Translations under genes and position numbers: made by a program
The notes under the pieces: model-generated
The model's database searches: none
Seen by the model: only the letters and a program-made list of their open reading frames with translations
Told to the model about the DNA's origin: nothing
Part shown: one piece after another, positions 21,511 through 33,189 of the stretch
Layout of the letters: each line of letters begins with the position of its first letter
How positions within the stretch are numbered: position 1 is the first letter of the stretch
Assembly: GCA_029953675.1 (NCBI GenBank)
Contig: JAMWBK010000003.1
Location: 992,001-1,056,000 of the forward strand
Source: Rhodosorus marinus CCMP1338
Taxonomy: Eukaryota > Plantae > Rhodophyta
Direction of reading: 5' to 3'
DNA: 64,000 nt

Positions 21511-23435
21511 TTACATGCGGAAAGTGTCTCTTATTTGGGCATAGGCCAAAGCGATCATTTGCATTCGCTCCAGCCCTGCCTCCCCAATGTTCGGGTTCAG
21601 ATCCGGGTGGAACTTCATTGCCATGGATCTGTAGGCTTTCTTCACCGTCCTAAGGTCTGCGCCGTCCTCGATGCCCAGGATTCTATACGAATCGATGTCC
21701 GCGTACTTATTCTGGCTATCACTAGAACCGCTGAAGCGGTCTCCTTGTCCACCTCCAAAGCCTCTCGCACCCCTCTGCCAGTGCCAATGAGTAGAACGGG
21801 ATCTCGTCTTGAAGTCCCCTTCTGGCACGAACCATTCTTGGTTGAATCCCTTCTCCCTCCACTCCAAGCGATCCTTTTGCCACAGGTTCCTGTAGGTAGG
21901 GAATGTTTGCAGATTTGTATTAGTGATCCAGTTAACCTTCGAACCCCCAAAATCCGAGCAACCGCTACCACTCACCAATATCCTTCCCATTCTTCGTCGT
22001 CCCATCCCGGTATGTCCCAGTCGCTATTGTCGGAGATCCAGTTTTCCCACTCTTCCTTCGAGAACGAATTCACCTTCTTATGAAATCCTTCGCCAGTCGC
22101 GCCGTTTTGTTTCGCCATTAAGTGCATTTTCTTGTCCGAGTGCATATAGTTTCGGGTGCTTTGCCACTCGTCGAACGCCTGCTTGACCAAAGCGGTTGGT
22201 TGAATCAGCAATGCTGCAAAGACAAAGGAAGTACAAAATAAAGCCTGCGTTCCCTAGTGCGCTTGCAAAGCAACGCACCAAATCCGCACATTCATCCTCC
22301 CCTATGCAATCAGGCTCTTGGATACGAGCAACGTTGAAGACCTCCAGCTCCTTAGTTACACTATGCTCAGTTATATGTTGCATGTTCTCCCTCTGTACTC
22401 CAAGACCATGCAAATACCTAAAAAGCCACTCCTTATCCTTTTCGTTTGACATGCACGCAATGACGGATTCCTAACACAACACAGTCGCATTACCAGTCAG
22501 ACCGTGAAATTGCCGTCGGAGCCTCGACTTGGGCACTGTTGTCGTGTTTCAACTTGTGTGCATGCTTACCGTCTCAATAGTCGAGGTGTCCAGCGGGTTC
22601 AGCCGCAGATAATCTAGAAAAGGTTCAAACACTGGTACAACGTCTACCCCATAAATCATCCAGTCTCGGAACTCATTCAAGAACGGGGGTTGACTGGGCG
22701 ACTTGAAGTACATGTAAATCTTGACTTGAACTTTCCGATTTGTGCCGCTCCCAGATGCGACGCGGAAGTGACCCCATGTAGCGAAAGATCTCATCGCAGC
22801 TGCACCCTGCAAATCGAAATCGTGAAGCGTCCGAAGCCAGGGTCAGACCTCTGAGAGAACAAACCAACAAATTTCAAAGCACCAGAACAACAACAGTCTC
22901 GTACCTGAGCACAATCGACGAACATGAGCAGGCGTGGGCCTGATACGGTCGGTTCGACGGACAAACCGTTGCCAATCACAGTACTAACTTCGAGGACGTC
23001 GCCAACCATAATCTTCGAGAGACCACCAGCATCGTGCGTAGAGTCAACCAAAAATTGCAGCCTCTCGCTCTCTGGAGGAGAAGCTACGACTAGCACACTT
23101 GATAGGTCCCGCCCCACTCGATTCACAAGTACGAACTGGCCAGGCTTCTTATGCGTCCAATTCAAATCCCCGGAGTCTACAGTAATCTGCATATGGTTTC
23201 CATAGCGGGAGCCGCAAACGGGACGGACATCCACTACTCTCGCTTGAAGTGCTTCTCCAACGCGCTCCTTCTGAGGTCTCACTTGATCAAAATCCTTGTT
23301 AACCCGCTTCAGAAAAAAGCTCCTCTTAACATCCTTCAGCACCGAGACCACAACCCGGCGCTCACCCCTCCTCTTCAGATCCGGTCTTCCTTTCCCAGGC
23401 CGAGTTACCAAACCGCCCCCAATCACAAACGCCAT
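21511..23435 (-). CDS. Plastid-targeted FNR-like (FAD/NAD-binding fold) + Trp-rich linker + C-terminal DnaJ domain fusion (509 aa, 5 exons)
   Basis: Exons 23435-22905, 22806-22570, 22470-22326, 22213-21976, 21889-21511 total 1530 nt in frame. N-half KPGQFV..VVASPP..LQFLV..VGDVLEVSTVIGNG resembles pKIWI502/At1g15140-type oxidoreductases. C-terminal YRILGI..VKKAYRSMAMKFHPD is a J-domain. Confidence 0.8.
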
Positions 23436-26292
23436 CGCGGTAATCCCACCAACTGTCAAGCAAAACACCCCCACAGAATACAACGTCAGTCCAATAAACC
23501 TCCCTCCCACCCCCCCCCACCCCCACCCTCCCTCCTGCGCACCCTGTCCAAACTCCCTCCTCAAATCCTCCTATTTGTATAAAACACCACAAGCCTTCCA
23601 CCTCAAAAAATTGCAACCAGCCTCCTCACCCTTGTCTTCTCCTTTTCCTTCCACTTCCGCCAACTTCTCGCCCCTTTCATCTATCATGACATGAAACACT
23701 CTTTTCAAAACCCTCTTGCCATTTTCCAGCCGCATTTCAACTCTCATTCAACCTTCAAAAGAAAGAAAAAACTAACGCCTTACCCCCCTCCCTCTCCCTT
23801 CTACCACCTGTCCTGCGGGTTAACGCCAAACTCCTATACCCCCCTTTCAATGAACCCTCCAAAGTGGAAATGCCTATTAATTTTGAAAATAGAATCATGT
23901 TCTTCTTCTCGATCCTTCTAACCCCCTTCCCACACTCCGACTCTCCCATCTCGGAATAGGTGCAAGCACATTCCTCCTCCACCCTTGCAAGATTCTTTAT
24001 GAAATGGAAATACTTGAATTTTATATTATTATTAAGAATATCTCGTTTTGTATCACATCAGTTTGACCCCATCGTTAGGATCCAGCTAAATATCAGACAG
24101 GTTTTCTGATATTAACAAAAACGACTATAAAAGACCAGCTAACTTCCGCCACCCCTTTATTTGCCGTCTAAGTTTGACCGGGAGAATCATGTTCTTTTGA
24201 AATAAAAAGAGATCTACGCGGATCGGGGTACTCAGTATTCTTGTTTTTTGGTAACTTTAGGAATGCGGATGTGGGGGGCAGTGTTTCTTATTTCACGGGG
24301 GGTGCACTTGCGGATAACCTTGTTGATTTACAAAACAGTCAGACCGTTTTTCTTCTTGATGAAATTTGCAGAATTTCATTTCAAATGGGGTTGCGTAGAT
24401 ACTACATCGCTGCTTATTGAGAGAATCTGGTTGGTGATATCAGTTAATTCCAATCAGTATAAGAATGAATTATAGTAAATGTATTAAGGTTAGTTAAAAT
24501 TAGTGAGAAATGATTGGTGACAGGGTATACTAGTTCAACCGTCATTGGTAATGTCTTTTCCTTATCACCCAAAACTGATTTTACCCCCACATCTTCAAGG
24601 AGATCAAAATCCCATGTAGTCAGGGAATCCGGGGGGTTGTGGGGGGGGGGGGGGTGGATTGGAAATGTAGTGACCCTTCGGGCGGGGGTGTTGGAACTGA
24701 TATAGACTGAAAAAGATCAACTTCTGCAGAGGAAATAATGTCAGTTGTCAATTCAACACCTCCAGCCCCACCCCCCCAACCCGGTACTCCTTGTTTCCAA
24801 TATCTGAACACTATGGAAACTAATTTCCGTTGATTATTTTACACTTTGAATAAATTCAGAATTAATAATTTAATATTGATGTTCTGTATTCCAATCAATG
24901 ATGAATCTAAGCCTCGTGATCGATTTCTATTCGGAGAAATTCTTAAATGACTGATGGGGTGCTTGTATTATTGTTATTCAGGAAAATTGTTAGGTACCTC
25001 AATCGGTGTCAGTCGCTAGCTCGGAATTGCCTCCTTCTATTGGATCAAGAAGACTCAAGGGGCTGCGCGAGTAGTCTAGCGGAGATGGATGGGTGCCTGT
25101 CGCTCAGTAGCTGGCTGTCCAACTTATACTGCAATGGCGTGTTCCATTTTGCTGAATATACTCCTTGAATTTTGAAGATGAAATAGGTGTGTTTGCTAGC
25201 TTGTTAATTGGCATTTTCGGGCCAAGACTGATTGTAGAGCAAACAGCAGATGACTTTTCTCTTTGCAGATGACTGAATGGCTTCCTCACGTGCGGAGCTA
25301 TTCCGTACCCTTTCTTGCTGGTTTACCCGGCTCGTCAAGTGCTTGCCATTCTCATTGAAGGTAAGCGTCGATGGGTGTGCTTGGAAGAACCAGAGCCATG
25401 GCCTAACATCCAGGTGGGTATGTTATGATGTTTACGGAAGTCTTTTTGCTTTCGTCCTACTTGGCTTTGTCACGTCTCGCGGAGGTGCAGGCCAATCCAT
25501 GCAGATGCACGCTTGGTCTTGCTATGGTTCATGACGGCAAGAGGTCTGGGGGGTCTTAGATTTGCCCAAAACCTCCGCGACAGTGAAGAGGGCCATGGTC
25601 CCCTCTCCAACATCTACTTGTTATTAAGATCACCCTCCAACTGAATCGAGCTTACTACGCTCTGAGGCCCTAAAAAGCCACTTAGTCTAAAGCGTGAGTT
25701 GATTATTAAGCTTGCGATGTTCCAATAGATACTTCGCAGCGAGTACACCGTACCTAAATCCAAAAATGAAGCATCTCGCTTTTTTCACGCACGATCAGGA
25801 AGCACTGTGCGACTAATATTTAGAGGTATCCATCCGAGGCCTCCCGTGCATACCCGAACTCGCAAAACAATCCCGGATACGTCACTATTCGTCTCTCAGC
25901 TCTTTGCGATCAAACCCTAACAATAATTCAAAAACAAGAGGAACAAAGTCGACGAAACGCGCCCAACGAAAGGTGGAAGCCCTTCCAATACTCTACAGGG
26001 TACCTCATGTGAGGTACCCATAGCCACCCCGTCCCCCCTAAGCCTCACAGCCGCGACAGCAGTATGCAATACCTTCAACCGAATCAAGACCTCGACCTCA
26101 GTGAAGTACACATAACAAAAAACTACAAAAAACAAGCCAACCCAACCGGCCGTTGTATCTTTAAAAAGCCCCAAACTCCACTTCCCGTTCTAACAGTTTT
26201 TACCAATTTAGACAACAAAACCGTTGCTGACAGTGCAAATTGTGCTTTTACAATCAAAACCCAAGAAGAAAAACTGGAATCCAGAAAGTCGA

Positions 26293-26468
26293 GGTTTTTC
26301 CATACAAAAACGTCGTTTTCAAGGTTCAGCCTTTGTAAATGCTTTCTGCGGGGTTTTCCATGCAAAAACGTCGTTTTCGAGGTGTGGCCTTCGTAAATGC
26401 TTTCTGCGGGTTTTCCATACAAAAACGTCGTTTTCAAGGTTAGCCCCCCGTTTGTAAATGCTTTCTGG
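26293..26468. repeat. Tandem repeat of about 58 bp x3 with an internal palindrome (AAAACG-T-CGTTTT)
   Basis: Units GGTTTTCCAT.CAAAAACGTCGTTTTC.AGGT...GTAAATGCTTTCTG start at 26293, 26352 and 26409. Confidence 0.93.
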
Positions 26469-26785
26469 GCGTATTTATGTTGATGTTTTTGAGTTGGTTG
26501 AGGAAGGAGGGTGGTAACGTCGGGAGTACTATTTCGTGTGTGTGCGGGGTGGCGGGGGGGAGGGGGCGAAGGAGGGGGAGGAAATGGTGGTGAACTTTTT
26601 GGATGTGAGATATTAGATCGGCAGCGGTGTTACTAGTTTTTGGATTGGTAAGAGTCGTTCGGTTTTAGCAATTTTTGGCTTGGAAGAGAAGGAGGCAAAA
26701 GAGTCTTGTTTGACAGGAAGAGTTTCAGTGATTGGTTTTTTTTTTTTTGTTTGTTGTCCGTGGTTGTCGAGGAGTTGGAGGGGGA

Positions 26786-27358
26786 ATGGGGTGTGGTTCG
26801 TCAAAGGAAGACGGTGGAGGGGCTGCTGAGGCTCTGAGCTGGGATGGGATGGTGAAGAACCCTAAGACTTGGGAATTGGAGAGAGCAGTACAAACTGAGC
26901 ATTTGCAGAGAATGCGGGCAGAGTTCTGGGAAACAAGGGTTGAAGGTAGGGAGGAGATGTGGGTTGCTTTGATGGCTGCGGCTGACGCCGATTCGGTAAG
27001 TGATTCTGTTGCTCTCTGGTTGATGCTGGGCATGCTCGACTGTGCTTTGACTACCAGTATGTTCTTCAGAAACGTAGTGATCCGGTTTCTCAACCACTTG
27101 TATTTCCAATGCCTAACCCAGGACGAGCTCAGGTTTCAAATAGTCGACGCTGCCGGGATCCAACCGGCTCTGAAAAGAAAGACACTGGAGCTTGTATACG
27201 ATGAAAGAGGAGCGATATATGAAGTTCCCATCTATTGCTTAAGCGCACCTTCGAACGTTGATGGAGAGAACGCCTGCGAAGAAATGAAGGACGCGCGTTT
27301 CTATCTCCAAGGGTATTATGAAAGCCATCGGCCCAAACTTGTGGGTCACCGTATGTAA
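26786..27358 (+). CDS. UBTD/DC-UbP-like ubiquitin-binding-domain protein, N-acylated (2 exons)
   Basis: MGCGSSK myristoylation/palmitoylation motif; LQRMRAEFWETRVEGREEMWVALMAAA; VYDERGAIYEVPIYCLSAPSN matches the UBTD N-terminal UBD. Confidence 0.85.
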   Translation: MGCGSSKEDGGGAAEALSWDGMVKNPKTWELERAVQTEHLQRMRAEFWETRVEGREEMWVALMAAADADSVSDSVALWLMLGMLDCALTTSMFFRNVVIRFLNHLYFQCLTQDELRFQIVDAAGIQPALKRKTLELVYDERGAIYEVPIYCLSAPSNVDGENACEEMKDARFYLQGYYESHRPKLVGHRM

Positions 27359-27839
27359 AATCAAAAAGAAAGTCTTATATGCGCCGATCCACAGTCCCTT
27401 GTTCTGAGGCGAATGAAGGTCAAGGACACCCCAATGGGGCCCTCCCATTATGGTTGGCTCAGTTATTGTTAAAGTTTCGGTCAAGGGAGTGTCCTACGCG
27501 GTCTAATGACCTAGTGCTCCGATTCTTGCGTAAGAAGAATACGTTGATCAACTGTTCTATTCAGCTATGGAACAGTTCTTGGATCCAGGGACACCAGCTA
27601 AGGTAAATCCTGACAGGAAATCCTGACAGTCATCGCAAGGTGAACGTGGACTGAGAAAACCAGCCGTGCGTCGTTGGAAAAATTCGATAAGCTCTTTGGC
27701 TTCTTCTCTCGCCCAATTCAGACGGGATTGATTGATCCTGCAGGTCATGCGGATCCCGTCACTAGTGCGGGTGTATTCCTCTGCCGGATCCACCGAGTCC
27801 TCCGAATTAGATTATTAGTTGTGGTATTTATTGGGAGCC

Positions 27840-29088
27840 CTACTCTTTCCGCAGCTTGGGCGGGGCAGTACTAATGTGCAGTGCAAGTATGAAGATTGAT
27901 ATCATTCCAAACCCAATTGCTGCGGCAGCGACTCCGATCTTCGTCCTACCTAACTCCCCTGCGTTTATTCTCTCGATGAGCCGTTGAACTTTGTTGGCTA
28001 GCGGTATCACAACGGACCAGAAAGGGGAGGTTGGACCCCACCAGATATCTGCGAATCACGCCGAATGGAATACCCTGAGAACCTTTGTTTTTTGTTTTGC
28101 TTTACGATTTCGCGGTAGAGCACGTCTCTTGAAGACTTTGTTCGCAGCTGGGGAGTCTCTCGTACCTTCGATTGGGCTTGAATTCTTTTTCTCTTTCGCG
28201 AAAAGCACGAGGTTCTCAACGGACCGCGATCCACTAAACTTGTATACATTGTTGTCCTGAAGAAAGCAGTTGGGACGATGGTTATCTCGTGTGAGTCTGC
28301 ACAATGTAGACTGGGGAGGCAGGCTTCTTAAAATAAGAAGAGCTTGAGCAGATTTGGCCATCCTGCTCACCTCATCAACTAGGACGAAAGTCGGGTAGGC
28401 TTTAATCTGCAGGCGCTTTAACAGAATGACTGACTCTCTTCCCTCAAGCTAATCACATGCGTAGAAAGTGGCAGATTTTCAGATGATTGAACGCTTCTTT
28501 GCACGCACGGATTCATGGTAGGATATTTACCTTAGCCACTTGCACGGACGCGCTCACAAGCTTTTTACGAACCTCTTCGTACTGTTTCACAAATCTTTGG
28601 CAATGGATACATCGCCTAGGTGCAGAATCATATAAACCATGGTCAGCGGAGATGAGAGCTTCAATGTATTTCAACCACGAGCTCCTGATGGCGAAGACGC
28701 ATACCTGCTGTAGACTTGCACCAACCACCGTTCTATTCCATGAGAGGTGGTACATCAAAACATTCGTTAGCCAGTTGAGTGGATTATGATTCAGGAAACG
28801 CACAGTACAGCCTACCTCCTTTCGTGAAGGCCTCCTCAACATTATCCAAACTCAGTTTTATAGTCTCAGTTTTCCTGAATCGTACAGGAACGAGCAAGAC
28901 ATCAGCACACCCAAAACGAACAGATACCTGCTGCAAAAACATGTCGAGGCTGCTCCTCACCATTTTGCGTTCACAGTCCTCTCCTTCACCTCCCAAGTTA
29001 TCTCTGTCGCAACACTTCTACACCTCAGAACCAACGCACAAATGCCACTCAGCACGAGCAACAACCGCAGACGTCCGATCCTCCCCAT
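27840..29088 (-). CDS. TMX-type single-thioredoxin-domain ER membrane protein (7 exons)
   Basis: Signal peptide MGRIGRLRLLLVLSGICALVL; WLVQVYSRRCIHCQRF; IKAYPTFVLV; YKFSGSRSVENLVLFA; C-terminal TM GVAAAAIGFGMISIFILAL; tail KLRKE. Confidence 0.85.
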
Positions 29089-29859
29089 CTCTTCCCTACC
29101 CTCCCACAAACCAAACCGGAAAAGCCAACTGACTCCAACCAGACCAATACAGTGCTCCTCCAAATACTCGATTCCTACTTCCCACACTCACTCATCGTAT
29201 CCTCTAGAAGCAAACCAAAAAGAAAAAACCTAAAACTCACTCCGATGAAAACCAAAGCCAAGAACCAGCTACTCAGAGTTCATTGACATCCTCTACCACC
29301 TCATACTTCATCTTCCAAACAAAACAAGTCTCTCAACCCAGAGAAATCCCTCACAAACTCGCCACCTCCCTCCCCACTCGCCCCCTTCCTCCCCACACCC
29401 TTCCCAACGTTTCACGCACACCGCACCTCACCCAACCGCACCACCAAAACAGTCATTACTTCAATCAACAATAGCTTCTTCAATCAACAAATTCAGATTT
29501 CTTTCAATCAAATTATTCCTACTTCTCAATGGGACTCTTTAGTATTGCTTCGGTCTTTTTAGAAAGTGTTGCTTGTTGCCAGCTTCGCCGTGTCCTTCAC
29601 AGTGGCACCCGGCCGTCTTGACAGCCTCCTCACGGAGCTGTCTCTGACTCTGACGTTTCGAATGCTGCTCTGGTGTTGAACGGGCGTCATCGGCTTCTCC
29701 CTTGCCGCAGCTCAGGGTAGTGTTTAGGCTCTGAAACAAGTTGCGGTTGTTGAACTACTTGGTCCAACGCTGCTTTACTGTGGGACGCGCGTCATCAGCG
29801 TCTCGTTTCTCGCTTCTCAGGGTAGTTAGGCTCTGAATAACGGATCGAGTGAATAGAGT

Positions 29860-30175
29860 GTCGTATTCCCGACAGATAAGGAGGCGTCCGATATTTTTAT
29901 CCGACGGTCGGATATAAGCATATCAGACCTGCAATTTGAAATAAAAGTGATTTCTTATTTTCTGGATTTGCGTCCGATATAATTTTATCAGACATGAATT
30001 GGAAATATGAAAAACGATTTCGTCCGACAACGAAATCTGAGCATTCTGAAATTAGCTTAGATTGTGCGTGACAGCCTGTCGATGACAGAAGTAATCGTAA
30101 TTCAATATTGGCCCGAAAATGATTGATTATTATCCTAATGTTGATTGAGTATCAGACGGTTTGTCGGACCAGCCA
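29860..30175. other. AT-rich segment with clustered TCCGA/TCAGA motifs in both orientations (possible decayed transposon end)
   Basis: Hairpin TATCCGAC-G-GTCGGATA at 29898-29914; GCGTCCGATA x2; ATCAGAC x3; GTCGGAC. No partner end found. Confidence 0.35.
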
Positions 30176-33100
30176 ATTAGACACGTTCTAAGTTTCTACA
30201 TTTATTCAATAGTCTGCTGGCATGAAATCTATCGGGACTGTTTATGATCACTCTGCTAAATGAGTCTTAGCTACTGGTTTGTTGCTTTCAGGATCGTGAA
30301 TGGTTGACAGACCAGTTCAGTTTGGTCTGAGGGGAACTATCCTAGGGTCTCTAGGTTTTTCTAAAGCAAAATGCGTCACCGGCGACGAGGAAAAGGTTGG
30401 ATCGCTCTCTGAGCAAAATGAGAGAGATTTGATAAACGATTGGAAGGCTACGTGTTCTGTACTTGCTCTGGAGGGCGCACCTAATGCTGCTAGCTTGTCC
30501 AGTGGACAGAAATCGTCACCGGGGAGTTCTATCTATCCATAAATCTGACGAGAGTGCGAAACTAACAAGCAAGACCAGGACTTGTAACACGGCTCAAACG
30601 ATGGTGTGAGAACATACACCCTCCCTAATTGGCATTGCGGTTGACTGTGCGCGTCGCTTCTGGAAGCGGGGGGTGAGAGTAGCGTTAACGAATTTAGATA
30701 CTCTGCCGCATCCCAGATTTCACCTTCGAGCATACTGCTTTCCACCAGAGAAACTGTTGTCTGACTTCCAACAATTTTTCGTCTGTGCCTTTACTAAACC
30801 TACCCCTAAATAGAGGTCAATCAACAGCGTAGATGTTTCAATCAAATAATCTAAACTTCTTAGAACCGTGGAAGTCGCCTTGTACTATTGTACTAATTCG
30901 TATTATGCTAGTGGTACTGCACTTGGGATACTGTGCTGGGATGTGGTTGCCTGCGCACTTAGCTTCCAGAAGTGTGGGGTGAGAACGGCACTCACCAAGT
31001 TCATACTAGGACAACAGCGGAAACATAACCACCCGCAAGTGTCTGTCAATGTGGTAGCTAAAACCACTAGCAGGCTGGGAGCTATCGTCTACAACAAGGT
31101 TTGTCGCTTGGTCAATATCCGGAGGATTTGGGCGGATATGCCAAGTTGACAAATGAAAGCTGGATCACGAAGCTTCCTTATGTCATAGAGCGCAGATGGT
31201 TGATGATCATAGAGGTTGGCCCGCTGGACGGAGGTCTGCACGCAAGTGCAGCCGACGGGTCCAAGCAATCCGGGCTGGCTTTGACCCTGAACAATGAGCT
31301 GCACTTTAGCAAGGCTATGCCATGAATCGCCAGGTGAAAGCGCGAGTTGAAACATAGCACTCGTCTCGAGGAGAACTCATCCAGAGACCTTCTCGTGAGC
31401 GGGCTACTTCGTTATTTTTGCTTTCTGAAGGGAGTAGAGGAGGGACACACCTTTGCGACATAGTACAGCCTCCTTGCTAGCTGCCCATGAACTTGATTCG
31501 AGGGCCGGTTTCCCCGAGAATGAAGGACTGCAGACTAGCTGTCCGGTGGATATTTCACTACGCCTGCCAATAGCATAACATTTTCACAATAGAAGTACGA
31601 GATAAGGCTTCTTCCCCGGGTGAATGTCCATCGTACTCAAGGGTGAGCTCCTCGAGGGTTATGGCGACCTAGTAGGCATACCAAAAGACATGTCAGAACA
31701 ATCCCGTACGTATTGGTCCACGAACATGGAGGTGTCCCCCACATGTGTCTCGAAAAACTCAATTGTCTTGTAGCGGGTTTCGCGTTCATCAAACCGGTGG
31801 CCTCCAGGCCCAAGATACGGGAGGGCTTGGCGAATGCTCAGCTTTGACTGAAAAGATCCTGCACTTCTCTGGATAAAGCCACTTGGTCGGACTATTCGCT
31901 CAACGACGGACAACAAGTTTGGGACAGCTACCAGACACGTCCTTCCACGACACACCGGCGCGCACGTGTAGTTTCTCAGTCATGCGTGTTTGTGTGTGGC
32001 GTGTGCTGAGTTCGGCGAGTACGCCTTTGCAATCTTTTGTTTCGAAACTTGCTAGAATGATAACGGTTTGCAAGCACTGGTATCATTGGAAATCAGTCAA
32101 CGCCTTGATATATATCGTTCATAGCTAGCGTCGTTGAGCCAGAGTCTAGTCCAGCTGAAATACCTCGCTTCCCCTTGTCTTGAAACTACACCACCCCAAC
32201 CCCCCCCCCCAGACCACTCCTTTCAGTGAGCCATGATTTAGAAACAATATTAACAAAACCAAAATTTAGTTTGTGAGTTGATCAACTACATTAAGAGCAC
32301 GATAATGTCTCGTACAACCATGCCATCTGGTATCCTGTGAGGTATTGCGGCGAGTCCTTTCAGAATTAAATCTAGGACTTACGAGCTACTGAATAGCAGC
32401 AATTTCAGACTTTGCCCGTTCTATGGGAGCAAACACTGCTTATTCAAAAAAAAGTTGACGAGCCTAAACCAGTTGCTATTCAGCAACTAGTACCTCAAGA
32501 ACCGAAGAGCCTGATTGAGTATGCTGAAGCACATTCGCGCAATGCAGCAGTACCAGTAAGACACGCTATGGCGAGACACCTTCAAGTTGTGGCGTTGACG
32601 TTGCTTTCGCGTCGATCATAGCACTCGTGGAAATCACGCGGATGGACGACAATTGTGCTTTCGCTGACGGGAACAGCTTGTGTGTCACGTATGGTAGCGG
32701 AATTTTTTATTGCTTTTTACGGTGCACGGAGCCGGACTCGCTGCTAATATTGAGTATCAAACAGGGCATTCGCATGCAACTTTCCTTCTTGTAAACTACC
32801 GCAGCCTTTTGACTATCCAACAAGGCCGTACTTTAGGTGAGGATACGCATTCCCCAAACCGCTCGAGTTAGACAGTGCACATATCGACACGGCCAAAATG
32901 TGATCTACGAGATGCGGAATTCAAGGCGGACTTCTCAGCCGCCTGAACAGTATGGAACATTCTCCAAACGAGCGAGAAAATTATCCAGTGTATTAAGCAC
33001 GCGAAGATCGTCGTGATGGTCAAGTTTCAAATTCCCAAGCGAGAACGATTCCTCTGGCCTGAGAAAGAGGTCGATGACTACAGAAAAAAATCGTTCTCGT

Positions 33101-33189
33101 CTTTTCCCAACATTTGTTCAATCCCGACGCAAACTGGTCAGATAAAGGCTCGGGTACTGCCTTCTCCAAATTCTCTGACTCATATCTCC

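Noticed and set aside
21256-22083. 275-aa plus-strand ORF
   Set aside because: Antisense shadow of the J-domain exons. The same applies to 42569-43141, 56185-56811 and 57138-57782, which shadow REXO4 and eIF3a.
24947-25560. Possible spliced membrane-protein gene (LNGFLTCGAIPYPF...ILIE|GGYVMMFTEVF)
   Set aside because: An in-frame stop lies right after the acceptor, no start exon could be joined, and no family was recognised.
24089-26019. Isolated hairpins AATATCAGA/TCTGATATT (24089-24113) and GGGTACCTCA/TGAGGTACCC (25998-26019)
   Set aside because: Stems of 9-10 bp can occur by chance in 64 kb, and there is no supporting context.
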